A DNA stretch of 64,000 bases from positions 79,360,001 through 79,424,000 of the forward strand of contig OX597819.1 of assembly GCA_951406725.2 (NCBI GenBank), written 5' to 3'. Made by a program: the position numbers and the translations under genes. How positions within the stretch are numbered: position 1 is the stretch's first letter; every line of letters begins with the position of its first letter. This document shows positions 40,672-52,775 of this stretch, piece by piece. The notes under the pieces were generated by a model. It saw only the letters and a list, made by a program, of their open reading frames with translations, did not search any database and was not told the DNA's origin. This DNA is from Octopus vulgaris. Lineage: Eukaryota.

Positions 40672-41672
40672 TATCCAATAATTTCTTGCTAGTTTATTTT
40701 GTCTCTTTGTGTTCTCTCCTGGTGCTATATGAACATAATGTGGTCTTAGATTCAAGTTTTGGCTGCTATATCTAGCATGGTGGTATCTTTTAGATACCCT
40801 TATTTATAATTTTAATAATAATTATTATATATATATAAATATATACAAATACATGCATACATACTGACACACATATACATACACACACATATATACGTAT
40901 ATATATATATATATGTGTGTATGTATTTATATGTATATATGGTTTTGAATTTGAAGAAGTTATAATTTTCCATTAGCGTGTAAGGTGAGTTGGAAAGAGA
41001 GTGCAAATGCAAAGCGTGTGTATGCGTATTGTGCGTATAAGTGTATGTGTGTATATATATATGTATGCATGTATGTATCTATTTGTCTGTCTATCTGTTT
41101 GCCTGTCTCTCTGTCTATATGTCTCTCTATCTATGCATATATATTTGTCTGCAAACACACACACACATACACAGACATACACACGCACGTACATGATATA
41201 AATATAAATGTACATACATGTATAGATATATACATACACACATACATTACATACATACATACATATATGAAGACAACGGGAGCGAGCGTGTGACTGTCCG
41301 TGTCTAATAATTTTCCCGTCACCCCTCCAGTCACACCATACTTTAAACTGCACAGACCACTTCGTGTACGTATACAGAACTATCCCTATATGCGGTTGAT
41401 TGTACGTCGTTTATACATACAAAAGAAGTGTGCTGAGCGCTGGCTGACTTTACATTGTTTTCTGCTGTTGTTAATGTGTATATGTTTAAGATCAGATCGT
41501 GACAATACCAGCTTCTCTCTGTTAACCTTTGTATTCACTTATCGACGGTTATTAAGTGAATTTCAAATTTTGTGATTAAATTAAAGCGGAGACGTGTTGG
41601 GCATATTTTGTTGAATAAACAACGTTAGGACTTTTATTCATAGATGATATAGAGAGCTAGATAGCTTGATAA

Positions 41673-41737
<65 letters not shown>

Positions 41738-41852
41738 GATAGATAATAGACAGAGAGAGATATGGATAGACAAATAAAGAGATACGCCGATAGATAGGTA
41801 GATAGATAATAGACAGAGAGAGATATGGATAGACAAATAAAGAGATACGCCG
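41738..41852. repeat. 63-bp tandem duplication next to (GATA)n
   Basis: GATAGATAATAGACAGAGAGAGATATGGATAGACAAATAAAGAGATACGCCG at 41738 and 41801. Confidence 0.85.
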
Positions 41853-41876
41853 CTAGAGAGTGATTGAAAGAAAACC

Positions 41877-41920
<44 letters not shown>

Positions 41921-42006
41921 TATGAATGTATACAAATATATGTATATAAAGGCATTGACATATATATCAATGTATTTGTATATATATATATATATATACA
42001 CACACG

Positions 42007-42041
<35 letters not shown>

Positions 42042-42266
42042 GAACACTCGCATACACACGTAAGCATGTAACTTGCTTCATTTATGTCTGTCACACACTA
42101 TATATATATATATATATATATACATAGATATATACGACGCATACACTCTACACACACGCGCACAAAATGCACAAAAGCACACACACGCACATGAGTGTGT
42201 ATATGGAGGCGTGTGCGTATCTTTCTGTACATATTGATATTCAGACCTGTGATTAGACACGCACGC

Positions 42267-42319
<53 letters not shown>

Positions 42320-43581
42320 CAGAGACTTATACGCGCATGTATATAAATATTTGTATTAGCACATTATCAAACGCACGTACTCATACACGTATGCGGTAAT
42401 TGCACAAAGACATACAGAGATGAAAACAAACACACAAACATACGGGCAACCATACACGCATACATACACATATACATTTGCTGTCTATATAGTAATGATT
42501 GTATGCTAACGACTGGGTTTCAATCCACCGTTGAAAGAATTCTAGTAATATAATGTACTATGAGCGCCATGAACACCACAACATCCGTTAATCTCTATGT
42601 TCCGTAATCTAACAAATAGATGGTATACACCGCCTTCTAATGAATAACTTTGGCAGTTCTTTCTATCCTCCGCCAACTCCTTTTCCTCTTTCTCCCCCAC
42701 ACCAAGATCATCATTACCATGTGCTACACTGGTCTTGCGCAGTGCATCTCAACCAGGATTCATATGACTCATGGTGATCCATATAAGATTTCTTTTTTGT
42801 TAATATTTATGGCAACAACCTTCTCATATTTCTTTTAAAATACACAAAATATTTCAACAATTTTTTCTTATACATTTCCTAATAATATTTAATATTGAAA
42901 ATAGAATAGGTTTTTTAAAAGCATTGAATGGCAATGGGAGCCAAACGGAGTAAAACAGGAATCAAAGGGCTCCACAAGAAAAAAAAAGAGAAACGTGTGA
43001 GTCAAATGCCCGAGGTGATCGTCACTGCGTTACTGAGGAGAAGAAATCAGGCCGAAACACTGAAATCCTAATCTTTTTTACGCACAATTCTCTATGAGAT
43101 TTTTCTATGAGACAACGTTCTATAGCAGGTGCCGTTCCACATTTATAAACACGGTGGTATATATGCTTACACGAACACACACACGCACGCGCGCACACAC
43201 ACATACACTCACACACACAAACACGCACATACACTCATATATATTTGAATTCCATATGAAATTTGCTATCAAATTTGTAAATTATATTAGCGATATGTAG
43301 ATTGTCGGTAGATTTATTTTTCCGTGGTTTAATCTTGTTAACAAGATTATTAGCTTTAATGTTTCAGTAATATATATAGTTAATAATTTAGTAGGATCTA
43401 TTATTAGTGCTTTACTAGTATGTTATTAGCGTTTGTCTAAATAAAATTCATTTTTTGTTCTGTATTCTATTATTTTATTTTCAACCAATAATTAGTAGCA
43501 GTATATTTACAGGTTTCCAATAACTTATAGAAAAAAACTGTTTGTTTGGATATTGAAATATTCTAATATAAGAAATCCAAA

Positions 43582-43797
43582 CGTGGTGAGCTAGCACAAT
43601 TGTTAGCACGCAGGGCAAAATGCTTAGCGGCATTTCGTCCATCTTTACGTCCGTCCTGAGTTCAAATTCCGCTGAGGTCGACTTTGATTTTTATCCTGTC
43701 AGGTCAATAAAATGAGTACCAGTTGAGCAATGGGGTCGATGTAATCGACTTGCTTCCTCCCCCGAAATTGCTGGCCTTGTGCCATAATTTGAAACCG
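43582..43797 (+). mobile_element. SINE family B, full length
   Basis: GGTGAGCTAGCACAATTGTTAGCACG...CTGAGTTCAAATTCCGCTGAGGTCGACTTTG...GGGGTCGATGTAATCGACT. Confidence 0.88.
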
Positions 43798-44637
43798 ATA
43801 TAAATACTCCAGCATCGCTATTGATACTGAGGTAAACTCTTATTCTGAGTAGGTTGGATATCTGCTCCGAACTTTGGTCTTTTTTGATTTCAGAACTTAT
43901 CGACTCACAAGAGAGAATGAATAATAAAGGAAAACCCTGTAGCTGCGTGGTAGGAAGCTTGCTTCTCAACCCTGTGGTTTCGGGTTCAGTCCCACAGCGC
44001 AACGCTTTGAGCAAGTTTCGTTTACCAGACCTCTGTACCACCTCACCTATTTTGTGTTTACTCCCAGTGTCTCCTGATGGCAGGTACCAGCGCAACTCCG
44101 CTAATAGCTCTTTCATTATCACTCTTTTTATCGTACTATTTTACTCACTCTCCTTTGTTTTCCAGGTGGAGTATCCATGTACCTACTCTACAGTAAGACA
44201 TATCCGCCCCTTCTATACCTTAAATCTCTCAATCGGCACAAACTCACAACCCCTCAACACTAATCCCCGCTCCCGGTTGAAGGGGTTTTGTCGTGCAAGG
44301 TACTCGGCGACACTGGCGCTGTTGGTTCCACATTAAAAAAAAAAAACACATCAGTGATGATGCCTCCTAATAACACACTTGTGATGGTGCCACGTAAAAA
44401 ACCCGTGCCGAAGAAAGTATTGTGTGTAGATGTTGTAGATGAAAATTGAAACAAGCAGGTCATGTATATCTGTGTATGCTTGCGTACAAACTTATTACTA
44501 GTTCAATTATAATTGAGACATATTCGAACCCATAAAAAACCCATTCACTGTGTTTTGTCAAGGAGAACATTTCTCGCTGTAGACAAATAGGTGTAAATAC
44601 ACTGAGTCAGCTCACAGAGCTCCCTAACCAGATGTGA

Positions 44638-44673
44638 GATGCATGCATTTTGGGGTGGTTATGTCCTCTTCAG
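44638..44673 (-). ncRNA. Degenerate minimal hammerhead-like motif
   Basis: Minus strand CTGAAGA-GG-(11 nt)-CC-AAAA-TGCATGCA-TC; G12 changed to A, palindromic stem III ATGCATGCAT; weak stem I. Confidence 0.45.
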
Positions 44674-44875
44674 CAGCAGAGACCAGAAATTGCAAACACT
44701 GCGAACTGACACGAGAGACAGATCCGTCTTATGATATTCCCGTCATAGTTCAATGACTGGTTGTGCTATTCAGCGGTTGTCCGCATATGAAATACGAGGT
44801 GAAAACGTGAAGCAGTATGTATACATACACGTCACAAACATACACACACACACGCAAGCACATATACATACATAT

Positions 44876-44922
<47 letters not shown>

Positions 44923-45038
44923 CATATACATACATACATATATATACATACATACATACATATATATATATACATACATATACATACATACATACATATA
45001 TATATATATATACATACATACATATATATATATATACG

Positions 45039-45070
<32 letters not shown>

Positions 45071-45401
45071 TATATATACATACATATATACATACATATA
45101 TATATATATATACATACATATATATATATACATACATATATATATATACATACATATATACATATATATATATACATACATATATATATATATACATACA
45201 TATATATATACATACATATATATATACATACATATATATATACATACATACATATATAAGGCGATGGCCTCATGGAGCTAATAAGCGGACAGCTTTTTTC
45301 TTATTTTTATAAGAATGCCATATTAGTATGGCGATAACTATTATTTTCCGGGAACGCTGCCGCTGTTCTCTTTTAGAGAGACTTAGTTATTTTAATATTT
45401 C

Positions 45402-45447
45402 TATTATTGAAAACAAGTGGATGTATTCCACCGAAACTAGGTAAATA
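45402..45447 (+). ncRNA. Hammerhead-like motif 1 (U3-A8 core variant)
   Basis: TTGAAAA-CAA-GTGGA-TGTAT-TCCAC-C-GAAAC-TAG-GTA; GUA triplet at 45441-45443; weak stem I (TATT/AATA). Confidence 0.6.
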
Positions 45448-45480
45448 AAACCATCGAACAGAGATTGTCGGAAGCGACAC

Positions 45481-45551
45481 CTACTGGCTGGCTACGCTGC
45501 ATTGAAAAGGGGCAATACCCCGAAACGCGTCTGTAGCTGCCGGTCAAGTAG
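45481..45551 (+). ncRNA. Minimal type I hammerhead ribozyme 2 (U3-A8 core variant)
   Basis: Stem I GCTGCA/TGTAGC extended by CTAC-TGGCTGGC/GCCGGTCA-A-GTAG; core TTGAAAA; stem II GGGG-CAATA-CCCC; GAAA; palindromic stem III ACGCGT; GUC cleavage after 45531. Confidence 0.88.
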
Positions 45552-45761
45552 TGTGGAGCGACTGACCTCCCTTGTTCGAAGGTTATATGGATACAGTTTG
45601 TGTATCAAATAGCTAACTTAAGGCGATGGCCTCATGGAGCTAATAAGCGGACAGCTTTTTTCTTATTTTTATAAGAATGCCATATTAGTATGGCGATAAC
45701 TATTATTTTCCGGGAACGCTGCCGCTGTTCTCTTTTAGAGAGACTTAGTTATTTTAATATT

Positions 45762-45796
<35 letters not shown>

Positions 45797-45863
45797 GTAG
45801 GTCCCGGGTTGATTCGGGGTTAACCACAGTAAATAAGGTACTCAATACATAGCAGAGTAAAAT

Positions 45864-45997
45864 TAATTTATTATATAGAAGGAGCTTCTACAGGACTAGA
45901 ACTGTTTCATTCAAGAGAAATCTTCAGGAAGCTCCTGAGCTTCCTGAAGATTTCTCTTGAATGAAACAGTTCTAGTCCTGTAGAAGCTCCTTCTATA

Positions 45998-46007
<10 letters not shown>
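45864..46007. repeat. Perfect 71-bp-arm palindrome with a hammerhead-like motif on each strand
   Basis: 45864-45934 is the reverse complement of 45937-46007 (2-nt spacer CT); plus arm reads CTGAAGA-TTTC-TCTT-GAAT-GAAAC-AGTTCTA-GTC (45944-45977). Confidence 0.92.
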
Positions 46008-46085
<78 letters not shown>

Positions 46086-46095
46086 CATACATACA

Positions 46096-46131
<36 letters not shown>

Positions 46132-46149
46132 TACATACATACATATATA

Positions 46150-46163
46150 TATACATAGATACA

Positions 46164-46215
<52 letters not shown>

Positions 46216-46515
46216 CATATATATATATATACATACATACATATACATACATATATATATATACATACATACATATATATATACATAGATACATATTTTT
46301 TTTCTTTCTTCCCTCTAGTTTCAGCTCAGAACTGCGGCCATGCTGATGCACCGCCGTTTTGTGCTACACTGTTATTGCGAAGAACCTCGTCTAATATGTG
46401 GCACTTGGTGAAGAATGGAGTTTGATATAGCTACTCTCATTTGCACTTCTTGCCGTGAGGTAGGTTCATCTGTATGTATATATATATATACATACATACA
46501 TACATACATATATAC

Positions 46516-46549
<34 letters not shown>

Positions 46550-46610
46550 ACATACATACATACATATATATATATACATACATACATACATACATACATA
46601 CATACATACA

Positions 46611-46642
<32 letters not shown>

Positions 46643-46692
46643 CATACATACATATATATATACATAGATACATATATATATACATAGATACA

Positions 46693-46754
<62 letters not shown>

Positions 46755-47024
46755 CATATATATATATATACATACATACATATACATACATACATATATA
46801 TATATACATACATACATATATATATATACATAGATACATATTTTTTTTCTTTCTTCCCTCTAGTTTCAGCTCAGAACTGCGGCCATGCTGATGCACCGCC
46901 GTTTTGTGCTACACTGTTATTGCGAAGAACCTCGTCTAATATGTGGCACTTGGTGAAGAATGGAGTTTGATATAGCTACTCTCATTTGCACCTCTTGCCG
47001 TGAGGTAGGTTCATCTGTATGTAT

Positions 47025-47030
<6 letters not shown>
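46150..47030. repeat. Recent tandem duplication (~545-bp period) of a ~190-bp unique block and flanking microsatellite
   Basis: TTTCTTCCCTCTAGTTTCAGCTCAGAACTGCGGCC...GGTAGGTTCATCTGTATG at ~46300-46475 and ~46845-47020, about one mismatch; related fragment at ~58503-58575. Confidence 0.9.
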
Positions 47031-47111
<81 letters not shown>

Positions 47112-47243
47112 CATATATATATACATATATACATACATACATATATATATACATATATACATACATACATATATATATACATACATACATACATATATAT
47201 ATACATACATACATATATATATATACATACATACATATATATA

Positions 47244-47311
<68 letters not shown>

Positions 47312-47344
47312 CATACATACATACATACATACACATACATACAT

Positions 47345-47400
<56 letters not shown>

Positions 47401-47942
47401 ATATTATATAATAGAAACAATAGAGAAGGAAGTGGAATTCATAATGTAGATTCAGCGAGGATTGTGCAATTACTGTGGATGACGCCAGGTAGCCATAAGC
47501 AGCGAACGTGCTTTACCCGCATCCTACTAGGGACATAGCTAGCACGTAAATTTTAGATTAAAATTAAAATTTTAACTTAGTATTATGTATGTATGTATGT
47601 ATGTATGTATGTATGTATGTATGTATGTATGTATGTATGTATGTACGTACGTACGTATGTATGTACGTAGGTACGTTTGTCTATGTGAATGTATATGTGT
47701 ATGTCCGCACATATGCATGTATAACATATGCATGTATAACTACATGTGTATATGTATGAATACATGCATGTATGAGGTTCTCGAAATTATTGCCTTAAAG
47801 TTTGCCGTAAAACAATGGACTACAAGAATGGTCGGTACCGTCAAAGTTACAAATTCTCTTCCTGAAACTCTCGCAGAATCACTCTGTATGTATGCAGTAT
47901 GAGTTAGGCATTTAAAGATCCATAATTATGAGTCTTTAAACT

Positions 47943-47985
<43 letters not shown>

Positions 47986-48957
47986 CCGCGCGTGCATGTG
48001 TGCGTAGGTGTATATATACCTGTATGTACGCGTGTGCGTATGCGTGTGTGTGGGAGAGTCTATGTATGTATGTATGTATCTATGTTTGAGTGTATGTGTG
48101 TGTGTATGCTTGTGTGCATGTGTGTTGGTGTTCGCGCATGCGAGTGTGTTGCGCTGACGTGTTTGCGTTTCAGTTTCTGTGTCTGCTTATAAGTGTGTCT
48201 GTGTTTCTGTCTCTGCATATCATTGCACGTGCTTGCCTATGTGTGTGTGTGTGTGCATGTATGTGCACACATGCACGCGAGCACACACACACACACACAC
48301 GCACGTATAGATACATATAAACGTGTGCATAAACGCACCGCCCACATGCAGACATATACACTTATTCTTAAGCAGATGCACTCACTCAAATGTCCACATG
48401 CATACACACATACTACTGTGCATTATCATATATATATATATATATATATGTAGACACACACATATGTACTTATTTATACTTATGTATGTATGTATGTATG
48501 TATGTATGTATGTATGTATGTATTTATGTACCTATCTGTCTATCTGACTATATACACACACACACGCACCACTGGAAGTGATAAACACATATACAGCAGC
48601 ACTACAGAACACATACATAAGTACTAAGCACGTATGCACATTCCTACAAGTATTACTATAGCCACATAGATGCATTAATGTGTAACAGAAATGCATTTTA
48701 AGACTTTCAACCCGGAAGCACATAAAACTTCGTTTTTGGCTCAAATTCTAATTATGTAATCCGTTAAGGCAGATTTTGGCCAAACTTCTACCAGAAACCA
48801 ATTAATAACTATTAGGATGGGAAAACAACCAATTTCTCCACAAATTACACCTAAATGAACCCAATAGTCACGGTATATACACGTGTATATATGTGTGTGT
48901 GTATGTTTGTGTATGTGCTTGTGTGAGTATATATATATATATAGTGTATGGTATATA

Positions 48958-49116
48958 GGCGCAGGAGTGGCTGTGTGGTAAGTAGCTTGCTTATCAGCAA
49001 TATGGTTCCGGGTTCACTCCCACTGTGTGGCACCTTGGGCAAGTTTTCTACTATAGCCTGGGGCCGACCAAAGCCTTGTGAGTGGATTTGATTGACGGAA
49101 CTGAAAGAAGCCCGTC

Positions 49117-49168
<52 letters not shown>

Positions 49169-49374
49169 GTGTGTATATGTTTGCGTGTCTGTGTTTGTCC
49201 CCTCAACATAGCTTGACAACCAATGCCGGTGTGTTTACGTCCCCATAAACTAGCGGTTCGGCAAAAGACACCGATAGAATAAGTACTAGGCTTACAAAGT
49301 CCTGGCGATTTGCTCGACTAAAGGCGGTGCTCCAGCATGGCCGCAGTCAAATGACTGAAACAAGTAAAAGAGTA
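48958..49374 (+). mobile_element. SINE family A, full length
   Basis: GGCGCAGGAGTGGCTGTGTGGTAAGTAGCTTGC head to CAAGTAAAAGAG tail, internal (TA)n. Confidence 0.92.
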
Positions 49375-49578
49375 TAAAGGTCGTTCCATCTGCAGGAAAG
49401 GTGATGGTCTCAGTTTTGAGGATGCAAGAGCCATTTACTATGTGTTTATTTACTATCTTCAAAAGAGCCACGCCATCAAATGAGGGTATTATGCCAACTT
49501 GCTGAGATAGAAACGCTGTTATGACGGAACGCTCAGAAAAACTGACGAAAGGGGTCTTGTTTCACCAAGAAAATGCTG
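49375..49578 (+). mobile_element. Mariner transposase internal fragment
   Basis: KVVPSAGKVMVSV...YLQK...YYANLL...KLTKGVLFHQENA in broken frames. Confidence 0.82.
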
Positions 49579-49579
49579 A

Positions 49580-50022
49580 TCACGGAACCATGTGGTTGAT
49601 AAGCAAGCTACTTACCACACAGGCACTCATGCGCCTATATTACAACTATATCTTTTATCTTTTACTCATTCCAGTCATTAGACTGCATCATGCTGGGGTG
49701 TCACCTTGAATTTTTAGTCGAATGAACCAACTCCAGTCGAATGAACTAAAACAGACACACAAACACCGGCTCTCAAGTGGTGGTGGTGGGACAAACACAC
49801 ACAGAAAAATACGCACACGCGCGTACACACACACACACATGCACACATATATATATATATATACGACGGGCTTCTTTCAGTTTCCGTTTACCAAATCTAC
49901 TCACAAGGCTTTGGTCGATACGAGGCTACAGTAAAAAAAAAAGAAGACACTTGCTCAAAGTGTCACTCAGTGAGACTGACTCCGGAGCCATGTGATTGAG
50001 AAGCAAGTTTCCAACCACACAA
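49580..50022 (-). mobile_element. Two SINE family A pieces, minus strand
   Basis: GGAACCATGTGGTTG...CTACTTACCACACAG (head) and ACGACGGGCTTCTTTCAGTTTCCG...ACTCACAAGGCTTTGGTCG. Confidence 0.85.
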
Positions 50023-50131
50023 CCATTTATATGTTGATAGATAGGAAGATACACGGATAGATATGTTTAGTGTCTACTATACGGAAAACATCTGATCCCA
50101 TCCGTGAACTACATATATATATATATATATA

Positions 50132-50549
50132 GGCGCAGAAGTGGCTGTGTGGTAAGTAGCTTGCTTAACAACCACATGGTTCCGGGTTCAGTCCCACTGC
50201 TTGGCATCTTGGGCAAGTGTCTTCTGCTATAGCCCCGGGCCGACCAATGCCTTGTGAGTGGATTTGGTAGATGGAAACTGAAAGAAGCCTGTCGTATATA
50301 TATGTATATATATATGTATATATGTATGTGTGTGTATATGTTTGTGTGTCTGTGTTTGTAACCCTAGCAATGTTTGACAACCGATGCTGGTGTGTTTACG
50401 TCCCCGTCACTTAGCAGTTCGGCAAAAGTGACCGATAGAATAAGTACTGGGCTTACAAAGAATAAGTCCCGGGGTCGATTTGCTCGACTAAAGGCGGTGC
50501 TCCAGCATGGCCGCAGTCAAATGACTGAAACAAGTAAAAGAGTAAAGAG

Positions 50550-50550
<1 letters not shown>
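50132..50550 (+). mobile_element. SINE family A, full length
   Basis: Complete head, internal microsatellite and tail; preceded and followed by (TA)n. Confidence 0.92.
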
Positions 50551-50647
<97 letters not shown>

Positions 50648-51463
50648 TGTATGTTTGTGTGTATGTGCTTGTTAGTATGTATTTATATTTCTATATATTT
50701 GGTTGCCAAATATTTTGAGAATTTCATTGTACAAGCACGAGATCCCATGTGTTATCTTGTGTAAGTGTTTTTGAGCAAAGTATTGCCAAGGAGGAACTGT
50801 TTGGAACTCCCTGTGACTGACTGTACCTGTAATTTATAAGAGTCAACCTCTCCGCATATTATATGATACCTTATTCCCCCTGTTATGTTAAGTGTACACG
50901 AGTCGTCCGTGGAGTGTTCACGTGTTTTCTGTTGAGTATCTCCGTTGTTTGAACAACTGAAATACCTAGTGTAGGGGATACCTGTAGTGTCCGTTTACAT
51001 TTGTGTATACGTCAACGTGTATATGCATATATGTTCTTTTGTGTGATTCTGGCTGGAAATATGTGTCTCATTTATATCTTTATAATAAAATTGAATTGTG
51101 AAAACGAAATAGGCCCAAATTCGGAGGTGATCAAAGAGAGAGGAATGCAAAAGAGAGAGAAAAAGAGACAGAAAAAGTCGTCGTACAAAAAAAAAGAAGA
51201 AAAAAAAATTCTACTGAATTGGTGAAACAATTAGAGGGTTGCGTAGCGGTAACATTAAAGTAATAAATTCCAAACTTCAAACAGAAACACAACAAAGGAT
51301 CAAACGGAAAATTTCCACGCAAGACGGAACATCAGCCATTCCTCGTCAGTTATCGTTACAATTTTACGCCTTTAACGATAATGTTGTTCATATGTATTTA
51401 TATACATATATACATATATATTTACATATACATATATACACACACAAACACACACAAACACGC

Positions 51464-51550
<87 letters not shown>

Positions 51551-51569
51551 TAAAAATTATAATTAAGGG

Positions 51570-51682
51570 CATCTCTTAGATATCCTTAATCATAATTTTA
51601 ATAATAATTATTACTTTTGAGGTTTTTATTCCCATGCTGGCCACCTGATAAGATCGATATTTTTAATAACGATCTTATCCTT
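51570..51682 (+). mobile_element. Repeat family D 3' end with terminal hairpin
   Basis: GGTTTTTATTCCCATGCTGGCCACCTGATAAGATCG...CGATCTTATCC, as at 21981-22039. Confidence 0.8.
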
Positions 51683-51699
51683 ATATATATATATATAAG

Positions 51700-51866
51700 G
51701 ACGTGGAACAAGTATAGTATTATTGGACGCTCAGGAAGGAAGGGAAGAAGGAGGGTTTTACATTTCGAGCGGAGCTCTTCGTCAGAAACATAGGAAAAGG
51801 AAAGATCCAGCGAAGGGAAGACGGAGGAAAAAATCGCCAACGGCACACTCGCGGTCACATTTTGAA
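51700..51866 (-). mobile_element. Penelope-like terminal repeat fragment with hammerhead motif (family A, best copy)
   Basis: Minus strand TGTTT-CTGACGA-A-GAGC-TCC-GCTC-GAAATGT-(pyrimidine loop)-GCGTC-CAATA (51790-51721); bounded by (TA)n on both sides. Confidence 0.72.
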
Positions 51867-51899
<33 letters not shown>

Positions 51900-52775
51900 T
51901 CCACAGAAACCTCCCAAAGCTGGACGCTAATAACTAAACCTTATAACAGCCAAACCTGATTACCTACGAAGAAAACCAAATAACAGGAATCTAAGTGAAT
52001 CTCACAAACTATAACTCCCCAAACATTTCCCACTTTACAAGAATTAAGGATAACTCAGAATAACAAGACTAAGGTATAAGAAATTCGCAATCAATTCTAA
52101 TAAATCCCTTTCCCTTCAGCTGCCAAACGGACATCGCCATGGTTTCGACACCTGGGTAGTACCATTATATATAAATATAAAACCGTGTGTGCGTAATGTA
52201 CTCATAAAGATCTGCAAACTCATTGATTTATAAGTAGATGATCATCTCGCAAACATTTGTGTCTTTAATGTTAATTCTCTAGCAAAAGCAGGCTAGCTCT
52301 TAAAACATGAAAAAATACGCTCCCTAAAATGGGATTGAACACAGTTCTAGTCTCCTTAATTTCCGTTTAAATCGTAATAGGAGTATAGTATTTAAGGTAA
52401 CGTGCTGTTGGATCGAACTGAAAATCCCATGATAATGAAACGAAATTCTTAACGTTTCAACCATTGTTGCCCCCGCGTTGCGAGTATGATACTAAATAAT
52501 AACGAAGCAATATTAAGCTACACAGAACAGTTTTCAGAGCTGAGGTGTGCTATGAAAATAAGAACAGAAAACATGTAAATACAACAACAATAACAAGAAC
52601 GAGGACAACGACAATAGCAGCTGTAGATACAACAATTAGCCGAATAAATACAGAAATACAGTCTAAACTGAAACAACTACAGATAAAACAAATACAACTA
52701 CGAACAACAATATGAATAACAATCATAACAAAAACAACGCCTACAATTATAACTGCAACAACAAAAACAGCAAAA

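Larger units (their letters stand above)
45257..45764 (+). mobile_element. Non-coding hammerhead element: 362-nt unit plus 146-nt terminal direct repeat (retrozyme / Penelope pLTR-like)
   Basis: 45257-45402 is repeated apparently identically at 45619-45764; the unique part holds two hammerhead motifs; inserted between (TACA)/(TA)n and (CT)n(TA)n tracts. Confidence 0.82.

Noticed and set aside
42740-43000. Possible second hAT MITE starting CAGTGCATCTCAACC
   Set aside because: The right TIR and TSD could not be identified.
43033-43066. CTGAGGA...GGCCGAAACACTG hammerhead-like spacing
   Set aside because: No stem II pairing and no stem III/NUH partner; could be chance.
44130-44200. Strong-looking splice acceptor TTTGTTTTCCAG|GTGGAG and ORF 43854-44336
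   Set aside because: The ORF spans a SINE head and repeat-like sequence with no recognisable product; no consistent exon chain elsewhere.
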